Shown: positions 1 through 11,489 of the stretch, one piece after another
Numbering within the stretch: the first letter of the stretch is position 1
Layout of the letters: each line of letters starts with the position of its first letter
The notes under the pieces: model-generated
The model's input: only the letters and a program-made list of their open reading frames with translations
The model's database searches: none
Told to the model about the DNA's origin: nothing
Made by a program: the position numbers and the translations under genes
Origin: Mobula hypostoma
Lineage: Eukaryota
Direction of reading: 5' to 3'
Length of the DNA stretch: 64,000 nucleotides
Assembly: GCF_963921235.1 (NCBI RefSeq)
Contig: NC_086097.1
Location: 126,420,001-126,484,000 of the forward strand

Positions 1-1409
1 TTGACTTCAACACTTGCCATTGAATCTCATAAATCAGAGATGAGGTGGTACAGAGGCTCAGCCTGTCCAACTCTCAGTATTAAAATCAGATTATCATGTG
101 AGTGCAGGCACAGTTCAGGCAGACAATTGGATAGAATACAATCCATGTCCATTAGGAAGACTGCCTCACTTTTTGTTATGTTAATTTGTTTGCTTTTACT
201 GTGATCTTGTTGTGCATTTGTCTGCATATCAATAATAAGAAACATAGGACAGACAGTATGGAAGCTGAATATTTTGACAATCAGTCCATGTAGGTGTTTG
301 CAGTCTATTCAAATCTTTTCCCATCTTTCCTTATTTATCACAATCACTATAACTCTTCATCATTATATGTTATTTGGCTTCCCCTTAAATGTATAACAGC
401 AGGTTTCGGAGCTGTGCCAGTGTTTTGGTATTCTTTGCTCCAGAGATCGATGGATGCTCAGTTGCTGAATACAATCAAGATTGAGGTGATTAGATTTCAA
501 AAAGTACAAGGGGCAAGGGGACACATCAGAAAGTGGATTTAGAGGATCATCCAATATATTATTAATGCTGATTTTTCTCTTCATCTTACATGTTGGTGGA
601 TCTCCATTTATTTTCTGATCCTTAGGGTTCTTCCAGGAGTTAGCAATGATGAGCAGTCTTAATTCCAAGGTTTCAGTTTATTTTAGAGTACAAGCAAATA
701 TACAAATACTAAGCAAATTAAATAACAAGCTGAGAAGTGATGCTAAGAGGTAGAATGGATGTGATAGAAGCCAAGATGGTGCCTCTGAAAAAACTATCAC
801 TTTTATAATAAGATAAGGAACATTCATTAGATAGGAATCAATAAGTTAATAGGCTATGTAATTAAAACAATAACATCACATGGGTAATGTGCTAATACTT
901 AGCCAATGAAAGATGGGAAAAGGTGATAAACTTATAGTTTAGCTGCTATATCGCCTTCTGCCAGTGAGTGTGAAAACTATATGAGTTTGTTAAAAAGTAC
1001 ATATCTTATAAAAAGTATTATTACAAAAAACAGTGCTCTCCAACAATGCGGTGCAGAATTACAATTGGCATTTCACTTCCATGTTTTTCAGATACTATTC
1101 CCTGCATGCCTTTCTAATCACCTTATTGAGCCTAGCTTTATAGTAGAGAGAGAATAAAATGACGTTATACATTTCAGTATAATACAGTTTCACTAATGCT
1201 GGCCATGATCCACTGTGCCTCGTGGATTTCCAGTTCTAAGCTGCCCGTTTTGTTCCAAATCTATCCCATTTAGAACAATAGTGCCACAATGTGGTAAAGC
1301 ATATTCCTTGTTGTGAAGATAGATCTTTAGCTCTGTAAGGACTATGCAGTGGTCAATTTTACAAGTACTTGATGTACAGATGCATCTAGAACAGGTAAAT
1401 TAGATGTGA

Positions 1410-1525
1410 GGATGGCAGGAGAATGGGGTTGAGAGGGAAATGGATCAGCCATGATGAAATGGTGGAGCAGATTCAATGTGCTGAATGGCCTAATTCTGCT
1501 CCTATATCTTATGGTATTATGGTCT
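1410..1525 (+). mobile_element. CR1 LINE 3' tail fragment
   Basis: ggcaggagaatggggttgaga...tcagccatgat...tcttatggtattatggtct, matching other CR1 3' ends in the window. Confidence 0.7.
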
Positions 1526-1975
1526 CTTGTGCCACGATGAGACCACTCTCAAGGTGGAAGAGCAGCACTTCATATTCCATCTGCGTAGCCTCCAACCTGA
1601 TGGCATGAACATCTATTTCTCCTCCAGTAAAACATTTTCCTTCCCCCTTCTTCTATTCCCCACTCTGACCTCTTACCTTTTCTCACCTGTCCATCACCTC
1701 CCCCGGTGCCCCTCCTTCTTCACTTTTTCCCATGGTCCACTCTCCTCTCCAGCTCTTCATCTGACCACCTATCACCTTCTAGCTGTCTTCTTTTTCCTCC
1801 CCCTCCTTTTTATTCTGGCATCTTCCCCCTTCCCTTCCAGTCCTGAAGAAGGGTTTCAGCTCAAAATGTCGACTGTTTATTCCCCTCCGTAGATACTGCC
1901 TGACTTGCTGAGTTCCTCCAACATGCAGAGTATGTTAATTTGGATTTCCAGCAACTTCAGAATTTCTTGTGTTTG
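1526..1975 (+). mobile_element. Penelope-like element 3' fragment
   Basis: GIY-YIG C-terminal motif EEQHFIFHLRSLQPDGMNI, pyrimidine tract, degenerate hammerhead motif at 1838-1875. Confidence 0.75.
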
Positions 1976-2804
1976 TATCAAACTGATTCTTGTCCTGTCT
2001 GTGCTAACCCAATTAGTACAAACATAATAATTTGTGTTATGCTCTCTTCAATAACATCTGGGCTAGGTAGGACTTCACCATATCTGAATCCAGTACCTTA
2101 GATAAACTCAATAGGTGAAATGCATATGCATATGAAGAATTCCAGTCATCTACAACACTCAGTACAAACAAATTTCTTTTCATCTTAGTCCCGAGTAGCT
2201 CGTTCATTATTCTCACAAATTTTTTCAGACCCCGAGGTTGATTCCCATCATATATTCCATCAATCATCTGACTCAAGGCAAGTATATCCTCCTTTAGAGT
2301 CAGAGGCCCAAAATTCACACAGTATTTGAGAGTATTTTGTGCATCTTTAGTCTTTACGCTGTCCTGTACAATCCCATGAAAACATTGCTATGTTTATATT
2401 CCAACTCTCTTGCAGTGTATGTGAACACACCATTTACCCCTTCCAAATCACATGTTGTACCTACATGTTTATTTTCTGTATCTCATGAGTCAGCAAACCT
2501 ATCTCTCTGTATGCTAACACTTATTACTTTGTGACTGTTTCAAAGGTACCCTAGTATTTTTTATTATTAACAAAGTGAAGAACTTTTATTTATACATCAT
2601 ACTCCATTTACCGTCCTTTTTGCTCACCTGCTTTTGCCCATTGATTCTGTTTTCTGTCCTCTAACCTAATTGATACACTTTAGTGCTGTTCTCTACAGCT
2701 TGATGTGAAAATGAAAATTGTTTATTCATTTCCATAAATGCTGTCTGTTCTGCTGAGTTCCTCCTGGATGGATTTCCGGCATCTGCAGAATCTCTTGTGT
2801 TTAG

Positions 2805-3430
2805 GTTCCATCTGGAATTTTTCAGCCATTTTTCCAATTGGTATAGATCAAGCTGCAAGTTTTGATAGCCTTTCCTGCTATCCACAATATTCCCAGACTT
2901 AGTGTCTTCCCCAAATTTGCTGATCCAGTTTACTACGTTATCATCCAGATCGTTGATATAGATGACAAGGATTAATCAACCTTAACACCTCTCTCTGTGG
3001 TACCCCACTCATCACAGGCTTCTGATCAGAGAAGCAACCATCTATTACCACCCTCAGCTTCTCCTGTAAAGCAAATGTTGAATCTAATTTACTGCCTCAT
3101 CCTGAATGCTTAGTGACTGAACCTTATTGACTGGCCTCCCATGTGGGATTTTGTTGGAAGGCCTTGCTAAAGTCCATGTGGACAACATCCATTGCCTTTC
3201 CTTCACCAACTTCCCTGGTGATCTCCTCTAAAAGCTATATAGGATTGGTTAGACACGACCTACCATGAACAACGCTTCTTGACTATCACTGCTCAGTCCC
3301 TATCTATCTATACTTATATACCCATAGAGTACATTCCAATAATTTAAGCACTACTGACATCAGACTCACTCACCTATAATTTCCCAGCTTCTTCTTCGTG
3401 CTATCCTCCAGTCCTCTGACACCTCACCCA
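2805..3430 (-). mobile_element. Degenerate CR1 reverse transcriptase fragment
   Basis: Minus-strand translation YQNLQLDLYQLEKW and similarity to the CR1 RT at 8.2-8.7 kb. Confidence 0.7.
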
Positions 3431-3434
3431 TGTT

Positions 3435-3970
3435 ATTCTCATCTACTGTTGCAATGAGGCCACACTCAGGTTGGAGGAACAACACCTCAAATTCCATCTG
3501 GCTAGCCTGAAACCTGATGGCATGAACATTGATTTCTCAAACTTCTAGTAATGCCCCCTCCCCTTTACCATTCCTTATCCCTTTTTCCCTCTCTCACCTT
3601 ATCTCCTCGCTTGCCCATTGCCTTCCTCTGGTGCTCCTCCCCCCTTTTCTGTCTTCCATGGCCTTCTGTTCTCTCCTACTGGACACCTCCCCCCCCCCAC
3701 CCAGCCCTGTATCTCCTTTGCCAATCAACTTCTCAGCTCTTTACTTTATCCCTCCCCCTCTGGGTTTCACCTATCACCTTGTGTTTCTCTCTCCCTCCCC
3801 CACCTTTTAAATCTATTCCTCATCTTTTTTCCTCCAGTCCTGCCAAAGGGTCTCGGTCCAAAATATCGACTGTACATTTTCCCATAGATACTGCCTGGCC
3901 TGCTGAGTTCCTCCAGCATTTTGCGTGTGTTGCTTGGATTTTCAGCATCTGCAGATTTTCTTTTGTTTGT
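3435..3970 (+). mobile_element. Penelope-like element 3' fragment
   Basis: tgcaatgaggccacactcaggttggaggaacaacac GIY-YIG end, pyrimidine tract, degenerate hammerhead motif at 3835-3872. Confidence 0.75.
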
Positions 3971-4159
3971 TGGTTTAAACCTATCTTCTCTTTATTGGCC
4001 CTTGACAAGTACCTAAGTACCAAACCATATCAAGTCCGCCAAATGTCCGAACTGGCCTTGCTCACTTTTCAAGTATTGTGCTCACTTGTCACAAGCATGG
4101 CTCACACTATCTCAAGCCCACCGAATGTCCCATTCAGTGTGGTGGCTTTTCTACTTAGA

Positions 4160-5240
4160 AGTTTGTGACTAGTGGTGTTCCACATGGACTGGTGCTTGAA
4201 TCCTTGTTTGACTTATATGTTAACAACTTGGATGTGAATGTGGGAAATGTGAATAACTTCTTGGATTATACCAAAGCTGATGGAGTTGGGGATAACAAAG
4301 AAGGTTACCGAAGGCTACAGCAGGATATTGATCAGTTGAAAAGTTGAATGGAAAATTGGCAGATAGAACTTAATCCTGCACAGTAGGACATATACAGTAA
4401 ATATTAGGGTGCTGAGGAATGCTGATGAAATGAAGGACATTTGGGTTCAAGTCCCTGGTTCCTTGAAAGTAGCAACACAAAAATCTAAAACATAGAACAT
4501 GGAACTGTATAGGCCTTTGGCCCACAATGTCGTGCTGGCCCTTTATCCTTCTCCAAGATTAATCTAACCTTTGCACGGGATCTGCACCAGCTGGAAAAAT
4601 GGACAGAAAAATGACAGATGAAATTTAATGCAGACAAGTGAGAGGACAAACCAGGGTGGGACTTACACAGTGAACAATAGGGCATTGAGGAGTGTGATAG
4701 GACAGAGTTATAAGGAATGTTAAATAGGTTAGGACTTTAGTCCTTGGAGCTTGGAAGAATGGAGGGAGATTTAACAGAGGTATACAAAATTATGAGGGGC
4801 ATGGATAGGGTAAATGCAAGCAGCCTTTTTCCACCGAGCTTGGGTGAAACTAGAACCAGAGATCAAAGGTTAAGGGTGAAAGGTGAAATATTTAAGGGGA
4901 GTCTGAGGGGAACTTCTTCACTCAGAGGGTTGGGCTAGTGTGGAATAGGCTGCAAGAGGAAGTGGTGGATGTCGGTTTGATTTTAAGATTTAAGGTTCAA
5001 GTTTCATGATTCAAGATTTAAGATTTAATTTGGATAAGTACATGGATGGAAAGGGAATATAGGGCTATGGTCCAGATGCAGGCCAATGGGACTGGGCAGT
5101 ATAACAGTTCAGCATGGACTAGGTGGGCTGAAAGAACTACTTCTGTCCTACAGTACTCTATGACTTCCCTCCTACATAATCCTTCACTTTTAATAGGATG
5201 GTAAAGAATTCGTATTGAATGCTTGCCTTCATAGGTTAAA
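4160..5240. mobile_element. Nested old CR1 fragments (plus-strand host, inverted CR1 tail, inner plus-strand CR1)
   Basis: VTSGVPHG RT motif at 4165. An inverted tail at 4481-4571 resumes at 5165-5192 around an inner CR1 at 4572-5164. Confidence 0.65.
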
Positions 5241-8200
5241 GTATAACCTGTACAAGAGAGACGGGTTACACTTGAACTACAGGGGGACCAATATCCTTTC
5301 AGGGAGGTTTGTTAATGCTATTGGGGGGGCTTTAAACTAGATTTGCAGGGGGATGGGAACCACAGTACCAGAGCTGGCAGTGTGGCTGGGGTGAAAATAA
5401 ATTATGTTAAAAGTTCAAGCAAATCCACTAATAGAAAGGTTGTGAGTGGTGGTAAAAATCTTCTGAGGTGTATATATTTCAATGCTAGGAGTATTGCGGG
5501 GAAGGCAGATGAATTGAGGGCGTGGATTGACATGCGGAATTATGACATTGTAGCAATTAGTGAAACTTGGCTACAGGAGGGGCAGGACTGGCAGTTTAAT
5601 ATTCCAGGGTTCCGATGTTTCAGATGTGATCGAGGCAGAGGAATGAAAGGTGGGGGAGTGGCATTGCTTGTTTGGGAAAATATTACAGCAGTGCTCAGGC
5701 AGGACAGATTAGAGGGTTTGTCTACTGAGTCCTTGTGGGTGGAGCTGAGAAACAGGAAAGGTATGGCCACATTAGTGGGATTGTATTACAGAGCACCCAA
5801 TAGTCAAAGAGAATTGGAAGTGCAAATCTGCAGAGAGATAGCAGGCAACTGCAGGAAACATAAAGTTGTGGTGGTAGGGGATTTTAATTTTCCATATATT
5901 GATTGGGTCTCCCATACTGTTAGGGGTCTAGATGGTTTAGAGTTTGTAAAATGTGTTCAGGCAAGTTTTCTAAATCAAGGTCCCACATAGGAGATTAGTG
6001 TGCAAACTTAAAGCACACGGTATTGGGGGTAAGGTATTGGTGTGGGTGGAGAATTGGTTAGCAGACAGGAAGCAAAGAGTGGGAATAAACGGGACCTTTT
6101 CAGAATGGCAGGCGGTGACTAGTGGGGTACCGCAAGGCTCAGTGCTGGGACCCCAGTTGTTTACAATATATATTAATGACTTGGATGAGGGAATTAAATG
6201 CAGCATCTCCAAGTTTGCGGATGACACGAAGCTGGGTGGCAGTGTTAGCAGTGAGGAGGATGCTAAGAGGATGCAGGGTGACTTGGATAGGTTGGGTGAG
6301 TGGGCAAACTCATGGCAGATGCAATTTAATGTGGATAAATGTGAAGTTATCCACTTTGGTGGCAAAAATAGGAAAACAGATTATTATCTGAATGGTGGCC
6401 GATTAGGAAAAGGGGAGGTGCAACGAGACCTGGGTGTCATTATACACCAGTCATTGAAAGTGGGCATGCAGGTACAGCAGGCGGTGAAAAAGGCGAACGG
6501 TATGCTGGCATTTATAGCGAGAGGATTCGAGTACAGGAGCAGGGAGGTACTACTGCAGTTGTACAAGGCCTTGGTGAGACCACACCTGGAGTATTGTGTG
6601 CAGTTTTGGTCCCCTAATCTGAGGAAAGACATCTTTGCCATAGAGGGAGTACAAAGAAGGTTCACCAGATTGATTCCTGGGATGGCAGGTCTTTCATATG
6701 AAGAAAGACTGGATGAACTGGGCTTGTACTCGTTGGAATTTAGAAGATTGAGGGGGGATCTGATTGAAACGTATAAGATCCTAAAGGGATTGGACAGGCT
6801 AGATGCAGGAAGATTGTTCCCGATGTTGGGGAGGTCTAGAACGAGGGGTCACAGTTTGAGGATAGAGGGGAAGCCTTTTAGGACCGAGGTTAGGAAAAAC
6901 TTCTTCACACAGAGAGTGGTGAATCTGTGGAATTCTCTGCCACAGCAAACTGTTGAGGCCAGTTCATTAGCTATGTTTAAAAGGAAGTTAGATATGGCCC
7001 TTGTGGCTACAGGGGTCAGGGGGTATGGAGGGAAGGCTGGGTTCTGAGTTGGATGATCAGCCATGATCATAATAAATGGCGGTGCAGGCTCGAAGGGCCG
7101 AATGGCCTACTCCTGCACCTATTTTCTATGTTTCTATGTTTCTAATATATAGAGGGACCAACTAGAGGGGATGCAATATTGGATCTCCTGTTAGGAAACG
7201 AGTTAGGACAAGTGACAGAAGTCTGTGTAGGGGAGCACTTTGGTTCCAGTGATCATAACACCATTAGTTTCAACTTGATCATGGACAAGGATAGATCTGG
7301 TCCTAGGGTTGAGGTTCTTAACTGGAAGAAGGCCAAATTTGAAGAAATGAAAAAGGATCTAAAAAGCATGGATTGGGACAGGTTGTTCTCTGGCAAGGAT
7401 GTGATTGGTAGGTGGGAAGCCTTCAAAGCAGAAATTTTGAGAGTGCAGAATTTGTATGTTCCTGTCAGGATTAAAGGCAAGGTGAATAGGAATAAGGAAC
7501 CTTGGTTCTCAAGGGATATTGCAACTCTGATAAAGAAGAAGAGGGAGTTGTATGACGTGTATAGGAAGCAGGGAGTAAATAAGGTGCTTGAGGAGTATAA
7601 GAAGTGCAAGAAAATACTTAAGAAAGAAATCAGGAGGGCTAAAAGAAGACATGAGGTTGCCTTGGCAGTCAAAGTGAAGGATAATCCAAAGAGCTTTTAC
7701 AGGTATATTAAGAGCAAAAGGATTGTAAGGGATAAAATTGGTCCTCTTGAAGATCAGAGTGGTCGGCTATGTGCGGAACCAAAGGAAATGGAGGAGATCT
7801 TAAATAGGTTTTTTGCATCTGTGTTTACTAAGGAAACTGGCATGAAGTCTATGGAATTAAGGGAAACAAGTAGTGAGATCATGGAAATTGTACAGATCGA
7901 AAAGGAGGAGGTCCTTGCTGTTTTGAGGAAAATTAAAGTGGATAAATCCCCGGGACGTGACAGGGTGTTCCCTTGGACCTTGAAGGAGACTAGTGTTGAA
8001 ATTGCAGGGGCCCTGGCTGAAATATTTAAAATGTCGCTGTCTACAGGTGAAGTGCCGGAGGATTGGAGAGTGGCTCACGTTGTTCCGTTGTTTAAAAAAG
8101 GATCGAAAAGTAATCCGGGAAATTATAGGCCAGTAAGTTTAACATCGGTATTAGGTAAGTTATTGGAGGGAGCACTAAGAGACAGAATCTACAAGCATTT

Positions 8201-9512
8201 GGATAGACTGAGACTTATTAGGGAGAGTCAACATGGCTTTGTGCGTGGTAGGTCATGTTTGACCAATCTATTGGAGTTTTTCGAGGAGGTTACCAGGAAA
8301 GTGGATGAAGGGAAGGCAGTGGATATTGTCTACATGGACTTCATGTAAGGTCTCTGACAAGTTCCCGCATGGGAGGTTAGTTAGGAAAATTCAGTCGCCA
8401 GGTATACATGGAGAGGTGGTAAATTGGATTAGACATTGGCTCGATGGAAGAAGCCAGAGAGTGGTGGTAGAGAATTGCTTCTCTGAGTGGAGGCCTCTGA
8501 CTAGTGGTGTGCCACAGGGATCAGTGCTGGGTCCATTGTTATTTGTCATCTATATCAATGATCTGGATGATAATGTGGTAAATTGGATCAGCAAGTTTGC
8601 TGATGATACAAAGATTGGAGGTGTAGTAGACAGTGTGGAAGGTTTTCAGAGCCTGCAGAGGGACTTGGACCAGCTGGAAAAATGGGCTAAAAAATGGCAG
8701 ATGGAGTTTAATACTGACAAGTGTGAGGTATTGCACGTTGGAAGGACAAACCAACGTAGAACATACAGGGTTAATGGTAAGGCACTGAGGAGTGCAGTGG
8801 AACAGAGGGATCTGGGAATACAGATACAAAATTCCCTAAAAGTGGCGTCACAGGTAGATAGGGTCGTAAAGAGAGCTTTTGGTACATTGGCCTTTATTAA
8901 TCGAAGTATTGAGTATAAGAGCTGGAATGTTATGATAAGGTTGTATAAGGCATTGGTGAGGCTGAATCTGGAGTATTGTGTTCAGTTTTGGTCACCAAAT
9001 TACAAGAAGGATATAAATAAGGTTGAAAGAGTGCAGAGAAGGTTTACAAGGACGTTGCCGGGACTTGAGAAACTCAGTTGTAGAGAAAGGTTGAATAGGT
9101 TGGGACTTTGTTCCCTGGAGCGTAGAAGAATGAGGAGAGATTTGATAGAGGTATATAAGATTATGATGGGTATGGATAGAGTGAATGCAAGCAGGCTTTT
9201 TCCACTGAGGCAAGGGGAGAAAAAAACCAGAGGACATGGGTTTAGGGTGAGGGGGGAAAAGTTTAAAGGGAACATTAGGGGGGGGCTTCTTCACACAGAG
9301 AGTGGTGGGAGTATGGAATGAGCTGCCAGACGAGGTGGTAAATGCGGGTTCTTTTTTAACATTTAAGAATAAATTGGACAGATACATGGATGGGAGGTGT
9401 ATGGAGGGATATGGTCCGTGTGCAGGTCAGTGGGACTAGGCAGAAAATGGTTCGGCACAGCCAAGAAAGGCCAAAAGGCCTGTTTCTGTGCTGTAGTTTC
9501 TATGGTTTCTAT
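5241..9512 (+). mobile_element. 5'-truncated young CR1 LINE (ORF1 esterase end plus APE-RT ORF2), interrupted by a second CR1
   Basis: ORF1 end DGLHLN. APE motifs FNARS, ISETW, GDFN and SDH. RT motifs NYRPVSL, GVPQGSVLGP and FADD. tttctatgg-type 3' tail. Frameshifts near 8345 and 9280. Confidence 0.92.
5979..7145 (+). mobile_element. Nested 5'-truncated CR1 (RT C-terminal half, uninterrupted 349-aa ORF)
   Basis: ORF 5998..7047 has GVPQGSVLGP and FADD; (tttctatg)n tail; removing it rejoins the host ORF2 in frame. Confidence 0.92.
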
Positions 9513-11139
9513 AGAACATTTAGGCACTTAAATAGACAGCATAGATGGATCAAGACGGAATGTGGGAAAATGGGATGAGTGTAGGTGGGCAAGATGGTCA
9601 GCATGGACACGATGGTCGGAAAGGTGTATTTCTGTGACTCTGTGGCATATGAATTTCAGGAAAGCTCCATTCTGACAGGAGTAGGGTATATTGCATACAC
9701 TACAAGTCAGAACTAATGGGAAAACACAATAAGTTACAGATGCTGGAATCTGGAATAAAAACACTAGATTCTGGAAGATCCTTTGGTTGTGATTCTATAC
9801 TATGATGGACTAGAAATGTTAACATACACTTTTTGCCTCCACGGGCATTGCTTAGTGCCCACTGAGTTCTTCCAGCATTCTGTTTTTGGATTTTTTGTGT
9901 GTCTAAATAGCAAGTTTCAGTTTCTAATACTGTAACTCTGTATAAAATAAACATTTCTACTGGTGTTTGCAACACAGGCAACATTATCAATCTCTTACCT
10001 ATATGTGTGTGTTTTTATTTTCAGGTTTACTCAAGAAGATACGTAACATTTAAAGTGTGATATACTGTATGGAAAGGAACAAATCAATTTAATAGTTTTT
10101 TCTTTATATTAACACTTATGTAATATTGAAAGAGTAATTCTACCTGTTTACATTTTCAGCATTTAGATGAGAGTTATATTTATATGTAAGAAGCGGTTCA
10201 TTTTAAAGATATGTAGTTTTCCTATGTTTGTATATAATGTTGTCTATCTGCTGCTTTGAGTCTGATTCATTATATCTTCACTCTAAAGTCTGCAGTGCTG
10301 AGAAATGGGACAAGCAATACGTCAGCAGTATATAAACACATACATTGTTTTTCTCCATAGTCTGTGTTCATTTTTCTACTGATATCACATGTTGTGTACA
10401 TATTCATTGTACTGTGTTTTTCCTGCTATTTTGTTATCTATCAAGACAAATAAACAGGGTGGAGCTTGTAGTCAAAAATCCTTTCATGATAGCTAACAAC
10501 GCACTAATAACAAATGTGGCTTATAATGTGCGGCAAAGGTCATACTGCATAGTTCTCAAAGGTATATGCACAATCAATGTAAACTATATTTTCTTCCCTC
10601 TAAAATCACCAACACACATTCATTTTTACAGTACATTTTATCAATTAACTGATTACATGCTGTACAATATAAAATTATGCTTGTAACTAATTGAAACTAA
10701 TCAACATTCCAATATTAATTAAACAAATCAACAGTAAACAAATCTGATACCGTTAAACCCAATGAATGATTTCACCAATAGGCTTCACACATGAAAGATT
10801 TCATTTCTTGTACTGAAGAATTGCATTAGCAATACATTATGAGTATAATGTATCACATGCACTCCTCAGCATCATTATTAACTCCTAAGTTTACATCCTC
10901 CATTAAATATAACTGCAATTATACATTGTTTCCAAAACTCAGCCTCCCATTGCACACCTTGTCTATATTCTGCTGAGCTGTCTGAGGTAATACAATACAG
11001 CTGTTTCTCTAGACGTCCAACTTAACCTGAGCTTGGTATAGGCCATGTAGCAGTAATGAGTAAAATATCTCAGCCACACCATGCTCTTTATAACTCCAGT
11101 GAAGTGAATGCCTTCAATCATCTAAATGTATCACACTGC

Positions 11140-11335
11140 AGAAGAACTGCTGCATCATATTTCCAGTGAGATGGCTTCAATATTCTGACCTCCTTTACTA
11201 CATGTATGAAGTTTGCTTTTTTTTCCTGCGACTCCATGGTTATTCCCAGGTGCTTCCGTTTCCTTCCATGTCCTAAAGGTGTACAAGTTGGTTAACTGGC
11301 CATTGTAAATTGCCACTAGTGTCTAGGTAAGTGGT
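11140..11335 (+). mobile_element. Degenerate V-domain SINE
   Basis: ccatggttattcccaggtgcttccgtttccttccatgtcctaaag resembles the V-SINE core. Confidence 0.5.
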
Positions 11336-11489
11336 AGAATATGGAGACGGGAGAGGAAGTTGACAGGTATATGGAGGAATTTAAGGTGGGGGGGGTATAT
11401 GGGAGGCAGGGTTTAGGGGTCAGCACAACATTGTGGGCCGAAGGGCCTGTACTGTGCTGTACTATTCTATGTTCTATGTATGAATTCCA

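Noticed and set aside
440..560. Acceptor-like ttctttgctccag followed by ORF 294..542
   Set aside because: The sequence after the AG resembles a degenerate CR1 3' end rather than an exon.
900..970. Plus-strand donor cca|gtgagt
   Set aside because: All frames have nearby stops and no convincing acceptor or partner exon was found.
3529..4168. Pro/Ser/Leu/Phe-rich ORFs (also at 37387, 43981, 50108)
   Set aside because: They are translations of the PLE pyrimidine tract, which lacks stop codons by composition.
5970..9387. Minus-strand ORFs over the CR1 copies
   Set aside because: Antisense shadows of CR1 ORF2.
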